Shown piece by piece: positions 12,975-26,673 of a stretch of 64,000 nucleotides of DNA. How positions within the stretch are numbered: the stretch's first letter is position 1; every line of letters begins with the position of its first letter. This DNA comes from Antedon mediterranea (lineage: Eukaryota; Animalia; Echinodermata): contig NC_092674.1 of assembly GCF_964355755.1 (NCBI RefSeq), positions 14,942,001 to 15,006,000 of the forward strand, given 5' to 3'. The notes under the pieces are model-generated. The model saw only the letters and a list, made by a program, of their open reading frames with translations. It had not been told where the DNA came from and made no database searches. The position numbers and the translations under genes are program-made.

Positions 12975-13914
12975 AAAGGTTATGTCAAAGTAAGCACAGT
13001 TTTAATCTGTATGATACTTTGTGTGAGGGTATATCTATAAAAGAAGACAAGGCAAAGATGCTTTAAATATAATTATTTATAATAATATTAATATAAAATA
13101 TGATCTGTGTTGTTTTTCACCTTTTTTGTACACTTTTAAGGTCTGATATTTCAAAACAACAAATGTAAGTCAAATTAAATTACAATATCGAAACAATTTA
13201 ATTTAAAGTTTGTCTTTAAGTGTAAGCCTAGAATACAATATCAGCGAAAGCATGTCCTAGGTTGAAGCATCAAGACCCATAACTTTTTGAATTTCCACGT
13301 GGGCCCGGCTGCGCGTGGCCGGCCTTGGTTTTGTAATACTTCACGTTTGCGTGTCCCAGCAACGCTCGAGAGAACCAAGAAACTGTAATATCGCGTAAAA
13401 ATGTGTAAATATTAGCGGTCAGACTCGATCATCGTCATCGCTATTTTATTTTCAACTTAAAGCCTGTTTTCTTGTTAAGTTGCGTTGAGTTTAAAATCGT
13501 TAAAGATATTACTTGGAGATATTAAAACCTTAAGATTCAATAACGGAACCAAATTTGTGACAAAAGAATTTAAGGCACTACACGAACTAGAAATAGAATT
13601 AGACACCAAACGTCAGCACCATATTAACGGTACGGCTAATGCCAATGGGAGTGATCTCCGGAGACACCCAAGGGTTTATGACCAATTAAAACATCGAAAA
13701 ACGCCAGATATACCCCATTCACACCAACCAACACTGGAGTTTTTTAAATAAAAATATAAATACCGCCCTCTATTCGGTTTGTTTACATCGCGACGATGGA
13801 CGATCAATATCAATTAATTTGACTAATTAATCACATTTTATCAAATAATTACCTTTTTTTTTTTATAAATGAAATCAATTCTAATTTCAGAATTCGTGAA
13901 AGATTTTCTAGGCT

Positions 13915-16240
13915 GCAGGAACAAACAACCACGGCCCACAACGATCATGCAAGGCCTATTGGCTCGAAACAGAGAATATGGACGTTTGTTTTGGAATCGT
14001 GAAGTCAATAATTAAAATGATCAAATTTTTCGTTCACATTTCCACCTTCACATGTGTCGGGATACATTTAATCACTTATGTCAGTTATTGAGGCCTGAGA
14101 TAGAGAAGAGCGACACAAATTACCGGAGATCAATCCCATTTCAGGAATGAGTTGGAATCATTGGTGGTTGGCAATGCCAACCGAATATAGGTATTGCATC
14201 TATCTCTCTAGTGCTTGATATTTTTTTTTTCATTCTACAGTACTCTGTCCTACATAGGAATAATAAAGATTCCCTTCAATTAAATTATTATTGCGATCAG
14301 CCCACTCCTTTTTGTAACTACATTCCTGGATTGGTTCTTTTCCTCCTCTAAATTGTTGCTTCTACATTTAAATGAATTAGATATGTGTCATGAATCAATA
14401 AAAAGAAAACCATAAGGCTATCTCAGAATTATTTGCTAAATCTTTTAAATCTATGCCATATATGTGAGTCTACACGTAGCACCTACACACCGAGAAATTC
14501 AGTCACAAATGAATGGTATACAGAGGATCTCATGCAAATGCCAAGGGAACATTTTGTTACAATTTTCATCAGCTGGTTGGTGGGGTCAATAGTTTGCTTT
14601 TACTATGTTTTATCATATAAACAAAACAAAAACTCATAAAAAAAGATATAATTTCCCTTATAATATGGATAGGCCTATGTTCCGACTAATGACAATTCAT
14701 TCTGCCTCATACAATAATTGAAAACTCAACATTTTACTAGCTATATTACCAGACTATAACAAAATGCTTTTTTTTTAAATTGTCAGGTCACTGGTCAATA
14801 TGTTTGGGATAGGCATATCAATGCTATGTACTAGTGCCATGAGCTAATCAAGTTGTGGCTGCCTTTAAGAATAGACAGTTCCTCATCGTTATATTTCACT
14901 GCCAAAGGGTATATGCAAATTTAATTTTTTGTTATATTATAGAAATACAACATAGTTATTTTAAAGATAAATTTTCTTTCACACACACACCATTCTTAAT
15001 AATACAATTGAACAGGACTACTATATTTCACCAAAGTATTAGAAACTCTGGTGCAAAACTTTGGAATGTTTTGCCTCATTCGTTTCAAAATATACATAAT
15101 GTAAATAATTTCAAAAAAACTGCAAAATATTATTTATTATCAAACAATACTTAGCTGCCATGTTTCTTGTTAATTTATTTACTTTTAGAAATATTGAAAA
15201 TGTATTAATATGATTTATACTGCAATTGATATCATTTTATTTTATTTATTTATTTATTCTTTCTTTTGACTGGATTGCATTTTCAGTAACGCAGTACTGC
15301 TTTCCAAAATGGTCCAGTTATAAGTTTAAAAGTAAATAAAAATTATAACATAAATACACAGTAGGTCTAATTTAAAAGATATATACAGAACAGTTACCGC
15401 TTTACGTTTTATTGTTATTTTCATTTCTGTGTCTTATTTATATGTTTTGTTCGCTTTGATTGTTTTGTTTGGGCGTCCCTGACACAAGCTTTGCTTTTTT
15501 GGTGACGCCACCATTTTGGAAATAAATGTTGATTTTGATTGATTGATTGAACAGCTGATGTAAAAAGTATCAATAATGTATTTAGCACTGTTTTTAAGGT
15601 TTCTTAATAATTATAACAGATTTACTGATATCTATGATGGATTGCCAGGCTCTTGCCCACTCAGCTCTACCAGAACAACAATGGCCTACTGTTCAGTGCA
15701 GAGGTACATTTTTTTTAAATGTTATAAATATTACTATATATAAAACGTTTTATTTTACATTAAATACAATTTAGATACTGTACATAATATGCCATTTCCC
15801 CTTTTTTGTTATGTACTGTAGAAAAACAAGCAGTTAAATGGGGTTGATGTGCCCGTCTGCTTGATTGGCGATCCTGCTTACCCATTGCACCCATGGCTGA
15901 TGAAAGGCTACATCAACAACAACCATCTAACTCCAAGCCAACGCAATTTCAACCGGTGATTAAGTTCTGCCAGAGTTGGTTGAGAACACTTTTGGTAGGC
16001 TTAAAGGGTGATGGAGACGACTGCTGAATCGCAACGACAGCGACATTGTTGCAGCCTGCTGTGTGTTACAAAAATTTTGTGAAATTCACAAAGATGAATA
16101 CAACCCACAGTGGGATGTGACAATGGATGAAGAGATGGAACAAGGTTTGATTCAACCTGATGCAGACCCAATCAACGACAACAGACCTGAAAGATCAGCT
16201 AATTTTCAGAGATGCTATCGCAGTATATTTAAATATGTAA
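13915..16240 (+). pseudogene. PIF/Harbinger transposase (HARBI1-like), split and degraded
   Basis: N-part MCRDTFNHLCQLLRPEIEKSDTNYRRSIP...WWLAMPTEYR (~14050-14190); C-part VPVCLIGDPAYPLHPWLMKGY...NFNR.LSSARV..ENTFGRLKG.WRRL...IVAACCVL (15845-16090). Confidence 0.88.
14940..15550 (+). mobile_element. 5'-truncated L2/Crack-type LINE 3' end
   Basis: RTTIFHQSIRNSGAKLWNVLP...FKKTAKYYLL*, AT-rich UTR, ACAAGCTTTGCTTTTTTGGT stem region, AATAAA and (TGAT)n tail; an antisense LINE tail is nested at ~15235-15395. Confidence 0.8.
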
Positions 16241-19200
16241 TTTAAATTAGAGTAATTCAGTAAGTAAATAAAATATCAATAAGCTTTGTTTGTTTTTTTT
16301 TTATTTTAATTGTATTAAACACAAAAAATGTTTAGTAATGACAACAAAACTGAGTTGGGTTAAACATTTACTGTACACCACTTATTAATTATAAATATGA
16401 GTGGATAATTTTCAAATACAGTTCAGTAGTTTAATCAATATTTTATTAATTTAGAACATATCTTACCTTAATAATAATTTGTATTATTATAAATTCAATA
16501 TAATTATATAACAACTGGGTGAGGCAGTATAAAGAACATATGTATTAATTAATGTATTCATTTAGAATAAGTTATTTTATTATGGAGGATTTTGTGGGTG
16601 AGGATTATAATTGGGAAGCATTGGAGGCAGAGTGTAATTAGGGCGGGAATGTTGTAAAAATTGGGCAAGTATTGCCAAAACCTCTACCTTGTGCAGTTTA
16701 TGGTTTGTTAAACATGAACATGTTGCCACGGTTAGACCAACACTGACATAGAAACACTATTTCCTACAGGACATTCAATATTTCATGATGCAAGAAATAA
16801 TAAATTAACTCTAGGACGTTATTTCCATAATAGATTATGTCATGTTGACAATAGAATTGGAAATACAGAATACATATTTTTGCACAATGCTTTAATGAGA
16901 TCAAAGTGTCTCCATTGCACTCAGAAAAGGACCAGATAATGGTGGTAAGTGGTTCTCGTCTTCGTGTTAAAGAATACTGTAATGTTGCATTTTATATAGA
17001 TCACAGTGAATTAGATGGCAATATTAATGCAGATGCAGAAAGTATTAAGGAGGATACAAGGGAAAATCAAGACCAACCAAGACAAAATGCTGATGAGTAA
17101 TATTCATAATACTGTATAATTAATTTTGTATATGAATATTTGTCTGTGAAATCACATAGAATTACTAAACGTAGTCAATATGCTTGCAATGCAGCATCTG
17201 AAAGCAAGTTCTTATTATTTTAGGTGCCCAGCCAATAAAATATATACAAAGCTGGAACAATCATTTAAATTGTTGACTGAAATGATGTCCAAGCAGGTGA
17301 ACAGCTTGAAAATCGGATGCCGCGACAATCCGAAGAGCAGCAGCAGCAGGAAAGAGCATGCCAGGATGACGGACCTGTTCAAGATGATGGTACAGCAGCC
17401 ACATCAACAGCCAAAATATTATCCACATCAACTGTATCAACATTACACACAGCAGAGACCTGGTCAAGCACAATATACACAGCCACCACCATATAAAGGG
17501 AATAGTGTCTTATTTTCTAGGTGGCACTTAGGCACTTGGACAGAGAAGTTAAGACGCCGTCAGACAACCATGACATAGGTGACGAATGGCGAGAAAAGCA
17601 ACTCCTATTAGAAGAGGTACAATTATCTATTTTACTGTCGGAGAATCAATCCAATCCAACCATCGGAGCAGATGCTGACGCTAAGAGAGCAGCAGTGACA
17701 CAGAGACTACTTTTAGTGATTCAAGTGATGGTACTGCTATCTGCTCACATGATGGCATGGATGAAGATGCCGATGATACTGTTCAATTTTTAATCACCGA
17801 GACATTGTAACTTGTATTCTTTACTATCTATAAATGTTACTTTCAAATAAATGCAGTGAAATGTCTTGTGACAAGAAGACCAAAAAGGCAGGTACCACGT
17901 CTGGCTATGGTGTACCAGGTAATGTTCAATGAGGACAAATTAGGCTACAAACAATGCACACCTATGCCAAGTAGCCCATGGTTGTCAGACCTCCAACAGA
18001 AAGTGGTATGCAAAGCATATTAGTATAGAGCATGAAACTATGCTACATGGTATAGCCACAGTCAAGCTTTATGTTAAACATAAAGTCACCCTGATGAGCG
18101 ACACCAGCTTGCCAACAAAAGTTGCTGAAGACCAGAAGTTGTTTGTAGATGTCCTGATCAATTTTGACCAAGTTAGTGCCAGGGGTATGGTATACTGCCT
18201 AATGTATTGCGAGCCAACATTTAATACCCGCAACAACAGAAACCTCTGAGCAGGCACATTGTTCAACAAAGTCGCCGAGAAAGTCAGCCTATAAGATTAC
18301 CAGTGCTTTCTCAACAAAGTGGCTGACTTAGGGTTTGGAGAAATGACTACAAATGACAACAAGGTAGTCGAGTTTAAGAAATTGTCATATTCAGAACTCA
18401 CAGAAAGCTGTACAGCTACTTTGAATGGACTTAAAATCTGTGAAGACAGTGGTACAATGTGACCATCCAACCAAATAAAAAGAGGCAAAAGCTTGACTCG
18501 TAACTGTGCTTCTAATTTCACCTGATTTGGTATAGTTTTGGTCACAGTTGTTTCCTTTAAACCACCTTAGTTTACATACATTCTATTTTAATTCAAGTTA
18601 TGATTCCATTCCACTGCTTTTCCCTACATTATTTGAGTAAATACAAGATTTCGAATTATTTATTACTTATTACTTATTACTCATTTCAACAAACAAAATA
18701 AATTGTTGGGTCAATGCAATAGGCGCAACATGCCTAAAAACTCCAAAATGACCAATCCTGCCCTTTACTCAATATAATATGACCTTTGCTATGTAGGCTA
18801 GGTTATTTAATACTGTAGATGATCGTGTATTCAGTATTAATTTTACTAGGTGTACAATTGTGTAACATGTTTTCCATTTATATAGAAAATATAAATATTG
18901 TAGTTTGTTTACATTATCAAATATTTTAATTGCTTTGATAATGCTGTACCTTAATTTACAGTACCATATTTTTATAGTCTTCATTTTATAAGTTTTTAAT
19001 AAAATTATATAATTGTTGGTAGTGATATTGTGTTAATAGTTTACATTACACAGTATTGAAAGTTACTTTTAATCAAAACATAATACATTACACTGTAATA
19101 CTTGTTTGTACAGTTTATTGATGCATGCACATGATAGTTCCAGGAATGTCCAGTTGACTTGTCACTACTGTTTACCAGAAATAAATCACAGTAGTTGACC

Positions 19201-21006
19201 AAATGATGGTTGCAAATCTGCTAAAAATTTTAAAGGGTGAATTTACCTCATGATAAATTGTGACATTTTTTAGACAAAATATTAAAAAGTAGATCTGAAA
19301 TGACAGTGATAATGCAAAGCATCCATTTTTTATTATGGATGTTAAAGTAATAGTTTTGTGCCTTTATTACTATTTATACATAAAATCAAAGGTTTGAAGT
19401 ATTTGCGTTAAGCAAGGAAGTATTGCAAGAAATGAAAGGCCCTGAAGGAAAATGTATATTTAAAAAATGGAAAGCGTTATGTACAAATTTACATTGTACA
19501 TGCTTTTTTAAAATCAACCAGGAGATATGACAATCGGCACACCAAACTCTTTCTGAAAAACCACAACCAAGATCAAGAGGGTTGTACAGCAGGAAAGGCA
19601 ATTTGATTCCATTTCATTTAGTATAAGAGATAGAAAACCAAAACACTAGATAACTTAGAGCAAATGTTAGGTGACTGCAGAGAAAGGATAATAAATAACA
19701 ATGAACTACAAAAAAAAACACATCAAAATTAGTACAGGCCATGATTCTAAAACTAGAAATCAAAAGTAAGACCATAACACCAGCATCATGGATTTGTTTG
19801 ATAGTTATCATGATTCATATTTAAATGATCGCTACTTTGAAGCTCTCATACAAGACAAACCTCTTCTGTTGTCCATTATAAATACATCCATTTTGATTGG
19901 CTCTTGAATTAGGATGTAGATGAAGATAAGTTTTGAAGTGTGTCGTGAAACAGTTTCAAATGGCCAAGCAGTTAAGGAGGGTAATGCAAACATTTGTAGT
20001 TATAACATCGGCACAGGTTCAAGGCTTTCCACGACCATATGATAGTTCTGGTGGTAGAACAATGACTTACAGCTGGCGGTTCAGTGTACACATCTGGCTC
20101 GTGTGCACTTTAAAGAAAAAAATACATCTTTCAAAAGAGAAAGATTAACCCATGGTTTACTGGTTCATTTCAGTCAATGTTTTTCTTGGTAAGCACTGCA
20201 CTGTCCAAATGTCTTCATTATTCAAGATTATGTAATATAAACAAAGAAATGAACATTTCATCTTTAATTTCTTGGCATGGTTTGCTTGGCAATATTCCTA
20301 AAAGCCCTTCAAAACCTTGACAAAGTAGTTATTGTTGCTTAATTTTCTCATTTGTTCCACTTGACACCACATCTGTTACGAGTTTTTTTATTAGTTCTTC
20401 TGATGACATCTTAAAACATGATATATATAGTTGTAAAGCCATATTATCACTTATATATCATACATTTCTATAACAGACTTATAATCAGCTGCGCTTTACA
20501 CCAATTGCTGTCATAACATTGTGTGTAATTGTTAGTTTGTAGTCGTCTAAATCTTTAATGTAACTTGGCAAGTTGGTCTGAAAATGTCTTTCATTAATAG
20601 TTTGTGCCATTGTCAGATTGTACTGTGAGCTTTATTACGTGTGGGGTAACTTGGTGCAGACTCATTACGCCAGTGAAAAGATAGCATAGCATTTGTTGCA
20701 CTTTTTTGATGAATATTGTACAAATTAACAGCTACAGTACAGTTCACAAATATGTACTATTGTCTCATATGACCCCTTCATAGTATGCAGTTTTTGACTT
20801 GAACACAGCCTTATCATCATACAGGCCAGTTTAATTTAACTCACACTTCAAAAACTTATCCGCACCTATCCTAATACATGAAAAAATGGAATACAGAAGA
20901 GGGCTGCCTTGTTTGGACACTCTCAAAGTAGTGTTTGTAAAGTATGAATCAATAGCGTTAAAAAAACCAAAGAATCAAAAACTGCAACAACATCTCACAA
21001 AACATA

Positions 21007-22150
21007 TGCCTCGCAATCATATAACCACAACAGGTTATAGCTCATTTGATGGAGACTAAATTAAATACGAGTTGTGGGAAGAAAAGTTTCTAGGACATAT
21101 GTTCATACAGAAATTAGTAAAGTAAAGTTATTGTAAAGGAAGGCAGGGTGGAGAAGATGCTAATGTTTACCTGGACTAAAGAAGTCTATCTTTGATAACA
21201 AGAGACATTGGAAGAAAGGCCCTAGGAATCCTGCAAGAAAATTATTTGTTCAAAGGCAAGCCAAGAATAATATTAAATACTGACAAACGTGTAATGGACA
21301 CTATTCAAGCATAAACAGAAGCTACAAGCTTAAAAACTGCTCAAGAACAAATAAGTAACAGTCTGATTGTTTCCATGTGTCCTAAAAGAACTACATCAAC
21401 GATTCTAGACATTTGCGACGTTGATTACACTAAAGGAAGTGAATTTTACCAAATTCAAAATTGTGATAAGAAGCTTTAAAGCGTCAGAGAAGGCTCAGAG
21501 AGAGACACAAGCAGACGATGATAGTGTAATAAAAACCAGAAAGTGAAAGAACTGAAAATGTAGAAAATTGACTACTCATATAGGTTGATGATTGAAAAAT
21601 GTTATAAACTAAATTCCATATAAAAGATCTTGGTAAACTTTCATATTTTCGTGGTATTGATTTTAAAAAATCAAAATTTCCTTGAAAATAAAAGAGATAC
21701 ATAGCAAATATGCTAGTAAGATTTGTTATTACCAATTGTCACCTAAGGTTCACTCCATGTGAACAGGAGTTAGAATGTAGTAAGCTAGGAGGCCTATCAA
21801 TTGTCAACTAAGGTTCACTCCATGTGAACAGAAGTTAGAATGTAGTAAGCTAGGAGGCCTAGCAATAATTTATGACATGCACCAGATATAGACAAAACTA
21901 AATATAGTTTGTGGGAAGTAAAGATTTTTTGCTGAAACTTTAATATTTTCTTGGTATTAATTTTAAAATTAAATACACTAAAGTTCTGTGAAAATGAATC
22001 AAAGTAGATTCATAGCAAAATGCTAAAAAGATTTGAGATGACCAATTGTAACAAGTTAGAATATAATAGGCCAAACGGCACTAACCTACAAAATAGGTAC
22101 TAGGTAGTTTAATTCATGCTATGACATGTACCAGGTCAGATATAGGCTGG
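21007..22150 (+). pseudogene. Ty1/Copia gag and RT remnants
   Basis: gag: FDGD..KYELWEEKFLGHM.IQKL...GRKALGILQENYLFKGKPRI; RT: KDLGKLSYFRGIDF, MNQSRFIAK, GSLIHAMTCTRSDI. Confidence 0.8.
21733..21861. repeat. 65-bp tandem duplication within the Copia RT remnant
   Basis: CAATTGTCA.CTAAGGTTCACTCCATGTGAACAG.AGTTAGAATGTAGTAAGCTAGGAGGCCTA present twice. Confidence 0.9.
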
Positions 22151-23039
22151 GTTCAACCAAATAAATATTCATGCAAGTACAGTAATTCTCCGGTAGTATA
22201 ATACAGTGTGTGCACGAACAGGTGTGTATTGCCAAGTTATAGACTTCTGGTTTACTGTTTACTTCGCAACAGGCATTTTGCATGGGAATACCCTTTCAAA
22301 TTTGCTGAAATTTTCAGTTGAGGTAAGTTACTGGATTTATTTGTTTTTGAAAGGAATCTGGCACTTTTCTAATTTATTGGTTAGTTAATATATTAATAAT
22401 TTATATTTTTGAAACTTTAAGCTGCAGGCTGTTCCATTCTCCTTTAAAGCAAATGTACATGGACAAGTCGGAAAGCGATTGATTACTGAAAGTAAAAGGA
22501 AGTCATTTTCGGACTCTTTACTAAAAGTACTTGAGGTTGACCTGAAACATAAAAGCATGCATAAAGTCAGACCAAAAGAATATTTGCCTGCTTTACAAAC
22601 ATTGGTAAAAAATACCTTTACTAATAAACAAGATTTCATAAATACTTTAGCTGCATGATGAAAATATTAGGCTGTCAGTGTCAGCAGGTGATCTAATTTC
22701 AATGATGCATGGTATCCAAACGAGGAGCAAAAATAGTCCATGATAGTGTAATTAATAGAATTATAATTGAATAATCAAACATACACAATTCAATTGATTT
22801 AACTAATTTTCCCCAGAAAGGTTCAGTGAAGAAATTGACCAGATGTCTTTTAATAACCATTAGGCCAAATTAGACCCAAAGTAAAAAAAGTTTATCTGAC
22901 TTTATGAACTTTCCCATCATCAAAATAAAGTAGTGAAAATTATAATGTTGGCGGACACAAAGCCAAAAAAATATCTGCGAGAACACGATGGTGATCGACA
23001 GGATATTCAACAGAATATGTCGATTGTAGAGTATCAAAA

Positions 23040-23535
23040 TCACACAAAAATTGCCGATGAAGTTGCACTTGTCGAAAGTTGAAGTCAAAGAAATTCTCCG
23101 GCAAAATAAAGTAGCAAGGTTATTGACAAGTGACATATGTAATTTTATTAGTGGAATTAATTTCACCAGTAAATGTAAAGGTAAACTAGTCCTACATTCA
23201 GCAAAATCTGCGTCACAATCCAGTGTCATTAGCAACTACAGTGGCGTTTGTTGTAAGTGGTATGTCTATTTCAGACTTGTGGACTTGTCAATTGTCAACA
23301 GAAATCAATTTTATGACGTTATTAAGTTACTTTATCCTGTTTTTTTTGTGATATGTTAGATGATGTATGCTCACTTGCAAAATATAGCATGAAGATTATT
23401 AGATAATAAATTAGGGTCATGGAAAAGAGTGGTCACAAGTGATGGAGTGTGGCTAACCTGAGGCGCATATAGTAAAATTCTACATATACTGTTCGTAATT
23501 ACATGGACAATTCATTATAATATGCTACCCACATG
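23040..23535 (+). pseudogene. Kolobok-like (PF20700 Mutator-like) transposase, N-terminal/first-Asp region
   Basis: INFTSKCKGKL...NQFYDVIKLLYP...MLDDVCSLAKYSMK...LGSWKRVVTSDGVWLT.GAYS...TYTVRNYMDNSL; DG.W..RG..S motif. Confidence 0.6.
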
Positions 23536-23612
23536 AAGACAATAGCTTATCACCGAGACAAATGAGCTTGATGAGAGCACAAACAACAAAATAAAACAAT
23601 AAGCAAAACACA

Positions 23613-23667
23613 CACAATTGTGTCAAGTCACAATTGTGTCAAGTCACAATTGTGTCAAGTCACAATT
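23613..23667. repeat. 16-bp tandem repeat, ~3.4 copies
   Basis: Unit CACAATTGTGTCAAGT, containing the palindrome CACAATTGTG. Confidence 0.9.
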
Positions 23668-23736
23668 TAATTTATGTCTTTTACTTTATTTTTTTCTTGA
23701 TGTGAAAATACTTTTGTTCATGATGCGAAACGGACG

Positions 23737-26544
23737 GTGAGTCCCGACAGGAAAAGCTCATGGACAGATATAGTTGACGAATTAACTGGGTACGGCGAGC
23801 TATATCCAGGATCCCAGATCACTGCATTGGAAAGCGTCGCCATGCTTTTGGGATATCGCATACAGTGTAATGCTACTGATACCGATATGATATTTTTATT
23901 GAATATACTACGACAGCATATGCCAGGTAAACATGCAGAAGGAGTAAAACACCTACAGTCCCTGTATTTTTTAAAGAAATTGTTTGATGTGGACAGGGAT
24001 AATCAAGTGACGCGATACCAAGCATGTACCTACTGTTGCAGCATACTGGATAGAAATTTGAAATGCCCAATGTGCCAAAAAAAGGGAACCAAAAACGAAT
24101 CATACTTTCTAACGCTCGATGTTGCCAGCCAATTCAAAGAGGTATATAAGGGTATAGTCAAGTCTTTTTAATTGTTGTTCAATTTAATATTTAACTAAAC
24201 ATGATCTTATTAAGCTATTTATAAGGCGGATCCTGGGATTTGATCGGGTGAGAGAGGGTATGTTTCTTTATAATGATTCTTCTTCTCGTATAGCTTTTAG
24301 AACCGTATTAGCACTATATTTGAGAAGACGACTTATGTAGTACATCTATTTTGTAAACTCAGTTTAAAACATGCTTACATGTAGGGTTTACCCGCTTGAA
24401 CAATTTCAATTAGCAAATAAAACCAAGCTACAAAATGGTCTTAGCATAACGATAAGGGGATATCAAAACAATGTAATGACTTATTTAGTGACAATAACAG
24501 AACAATTATAATTTCACAGTAACTTAGGTCTACTATGAAAATTAATAGATAGATACAACACAATAACTAGGTAGAAAAAACATAATTTAAAAGCATTTAA
24601 AATACATTTAGTCATATACCGTACGGTAGTTTTTCAAATAGAGTGCGGCAATTTAACGTCTAACGTAACGTTTAACTGCAGTATGCATCTTATTTAATTG
24701 TATTTTATATATTACAATATATTTGTCTATACAGCACTGTCAATTTTGATATGAATTTGTTACAATCATAATTGCATTCATATTGTTTTAAGATCCCAAG
24801 GTGAGGGAAGTTTTAGGCAAACCAAGAAGAGAAGCAAGGACAGACAAAATATGCGATATCTACGACGGTACGATGTACAAAGATTTAGGTCGACCTGGGG
24901 GATACTGCACAGACCCTAATAATCTCACTATGGTGTGGCACGTAGATGGTGCACAAGTGTGGGACAGTTCGCGGGTGACAATCTGGCCTATCCAGGGGTT
25001 CATAAATGAACTGCCATTTAAGATGAGGTATGTGCTTACGAAAATCTTTAATTGGGCTAAATAAAATGATAATTATACCCGTTGTTTCAATCAATAAAAA
25101 AAATACCATGTACCATATCGTATTGAGTAAATGTTACGTTCAAAATTGTATTTTAATATAATTACAATTACAAAGATATCATTATCGATATTTATTTGAT
25201 TCCGATTCAGGGCTGGGGAAGGTTAGAAATAAGTGGGTTAATTTGACAGATGTTAAAAAAATATTCGGACGTCCATCTAGACCCGATGGGGCCACCGAAT
25301 TAGCTATTTTTGTCTTAATCTATTTTATCATAATTTCGTTTGTTCAAGCGGAACCAGCATGGTAAACGCAGGGTTTGTTCGAACCCCCTGTTACGGGTCT
25401 GCGATTAATACAACATTATTGAATAAAAAGGGACTTGAAACTCGTGGTTCCAACATACAATTTTATATATGATGCCTACAAATAGCCAAGTTTTATGGGA
25501 ATGATTTTTAATGAACTAATGATGTATTGACTTTTATTCTAAATAGGTTTTGCAAAGAAAGAGCAATTATCTTTGGACTATGGTGCGGCAAAGGCAAGCC
25601 GGTAATGACCTCGATTGTGTCGCCACTAATACCGACGTTCAATGATATACACGAAAAAGGTAAATATATATTTTTTATTTTATCTTCATTACTCAGTATA
25701 CAACCGCAGTAATAACAGCGCGTCATGAACTATAAACATATTACAATAATTTGTTGGTAACATTTCTTAACCTCTATAGGTATTAATGTATGTGGGCAAA
25801 CATTTAAAATCCGGTTACTAGCTGCAACCATGGACTTGCCGGCCATGTGTATGACCAAAAATATGGCCCAGTTCAATGGCATATACGGTTGTGGCCGTGA
25901 AGATAAGGGCACAATGGTTAAAAAGGGGAAAGAGCATGTAATGGCATACATCAAGAAAAAGGAAAAACCAACTGCTAGAACAAAAGAGAGGATGGAGCGA
26001 CAAGCAAGAGAAGCGTTTGCGGCAGATAATACCGATCGGTAAGTGAAGCCTCAAAATTACCTCATCATCTTCATAAATCACGTTTTAAATATTTAAATAA
26101 CATTTCAAATAGGGCCTATGTTTTTTGGAGGAAAACAACTTCATTTTTACGGTTTATCAGTAATTTCGTTGAAGATTGCACGGTCTTTCGTTTTTTTATT
26201 ATTTATTCCTCGTTTCATTGTTACACAATGTAATACAACTTTTAATTTTAACGACGTTCTTTTTGCATTTTGTGTTATGTAGGTAAATGGTGTAAAAGGT
26301 CCATCCGCTTGATCTTTCATTAAGTATGTGGACCCGTCAAATCACGTACAGGTAGATTATCTACACGGAGCCTGTTCCAGGGTGATGAAGGCGATGATGA
26401 AAATGTGGATGAACAACACAAAGGCATCATATTACATTGGCCACCGATGGCACGAAGTAGATAAACGATTGCTAAACCTAAAACCCACCGACGAGATTAC
26501 TAGGTCGCCCAGGCCGGTTGCAAAGAACTTTGCAGTTTACAAAG
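23737..26544 (+). pseudogene. CMC/EnSpm (CACTA)-type transposase, copy 1, 5 exons, 3'-truncated
   Basis: Exons ~23737-24151, 24793-25027, 25547-25659, 25780-26038, 26283-26544 with GT-AG; motifs C..C...CP.C, DIYDG.MY, HVDGAQV...IWP...INELP, GLWCGKGKP, DLPA...AQFNG.YGC, GVKGPS, VDYLH; stop near 26310. Confidence 0.9.
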
Positions 26545-26673
26545 GTAATTGTTTAGTCATCTATAACGGGAGGTTTCTATAGAATAAAATGAGGCTCAAC
26601 AAAATAAAGATAAACTTTATCGGGGCTGTAATTATTAACATACTACTCACGACCCCGTAACTAAGGCTGCATA

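Larger units (their letters stand above)
11160..12990 (+). pseudogene. Exon remnants of a DUF4806-like transposon accessory gene, interrupted by Gypsy gag
   Basis: Pieces ECEACDDTTADESS...GKRK (~11165), DSSSSSDIEEAPPSQ after an AG (~11446) and VTQLSQVGGIDVRDNVEKVMSK|GT (~12925-12990; L..IGG...D.V..M motif). Confidence 0.4.

Noticed and set aside
25208-25401. Small MITE with a CGATT 5-bp TSD in an EnSpm intron
   Set aside because: TIR match (CAGGGC vs CAGACC) is too weak to support
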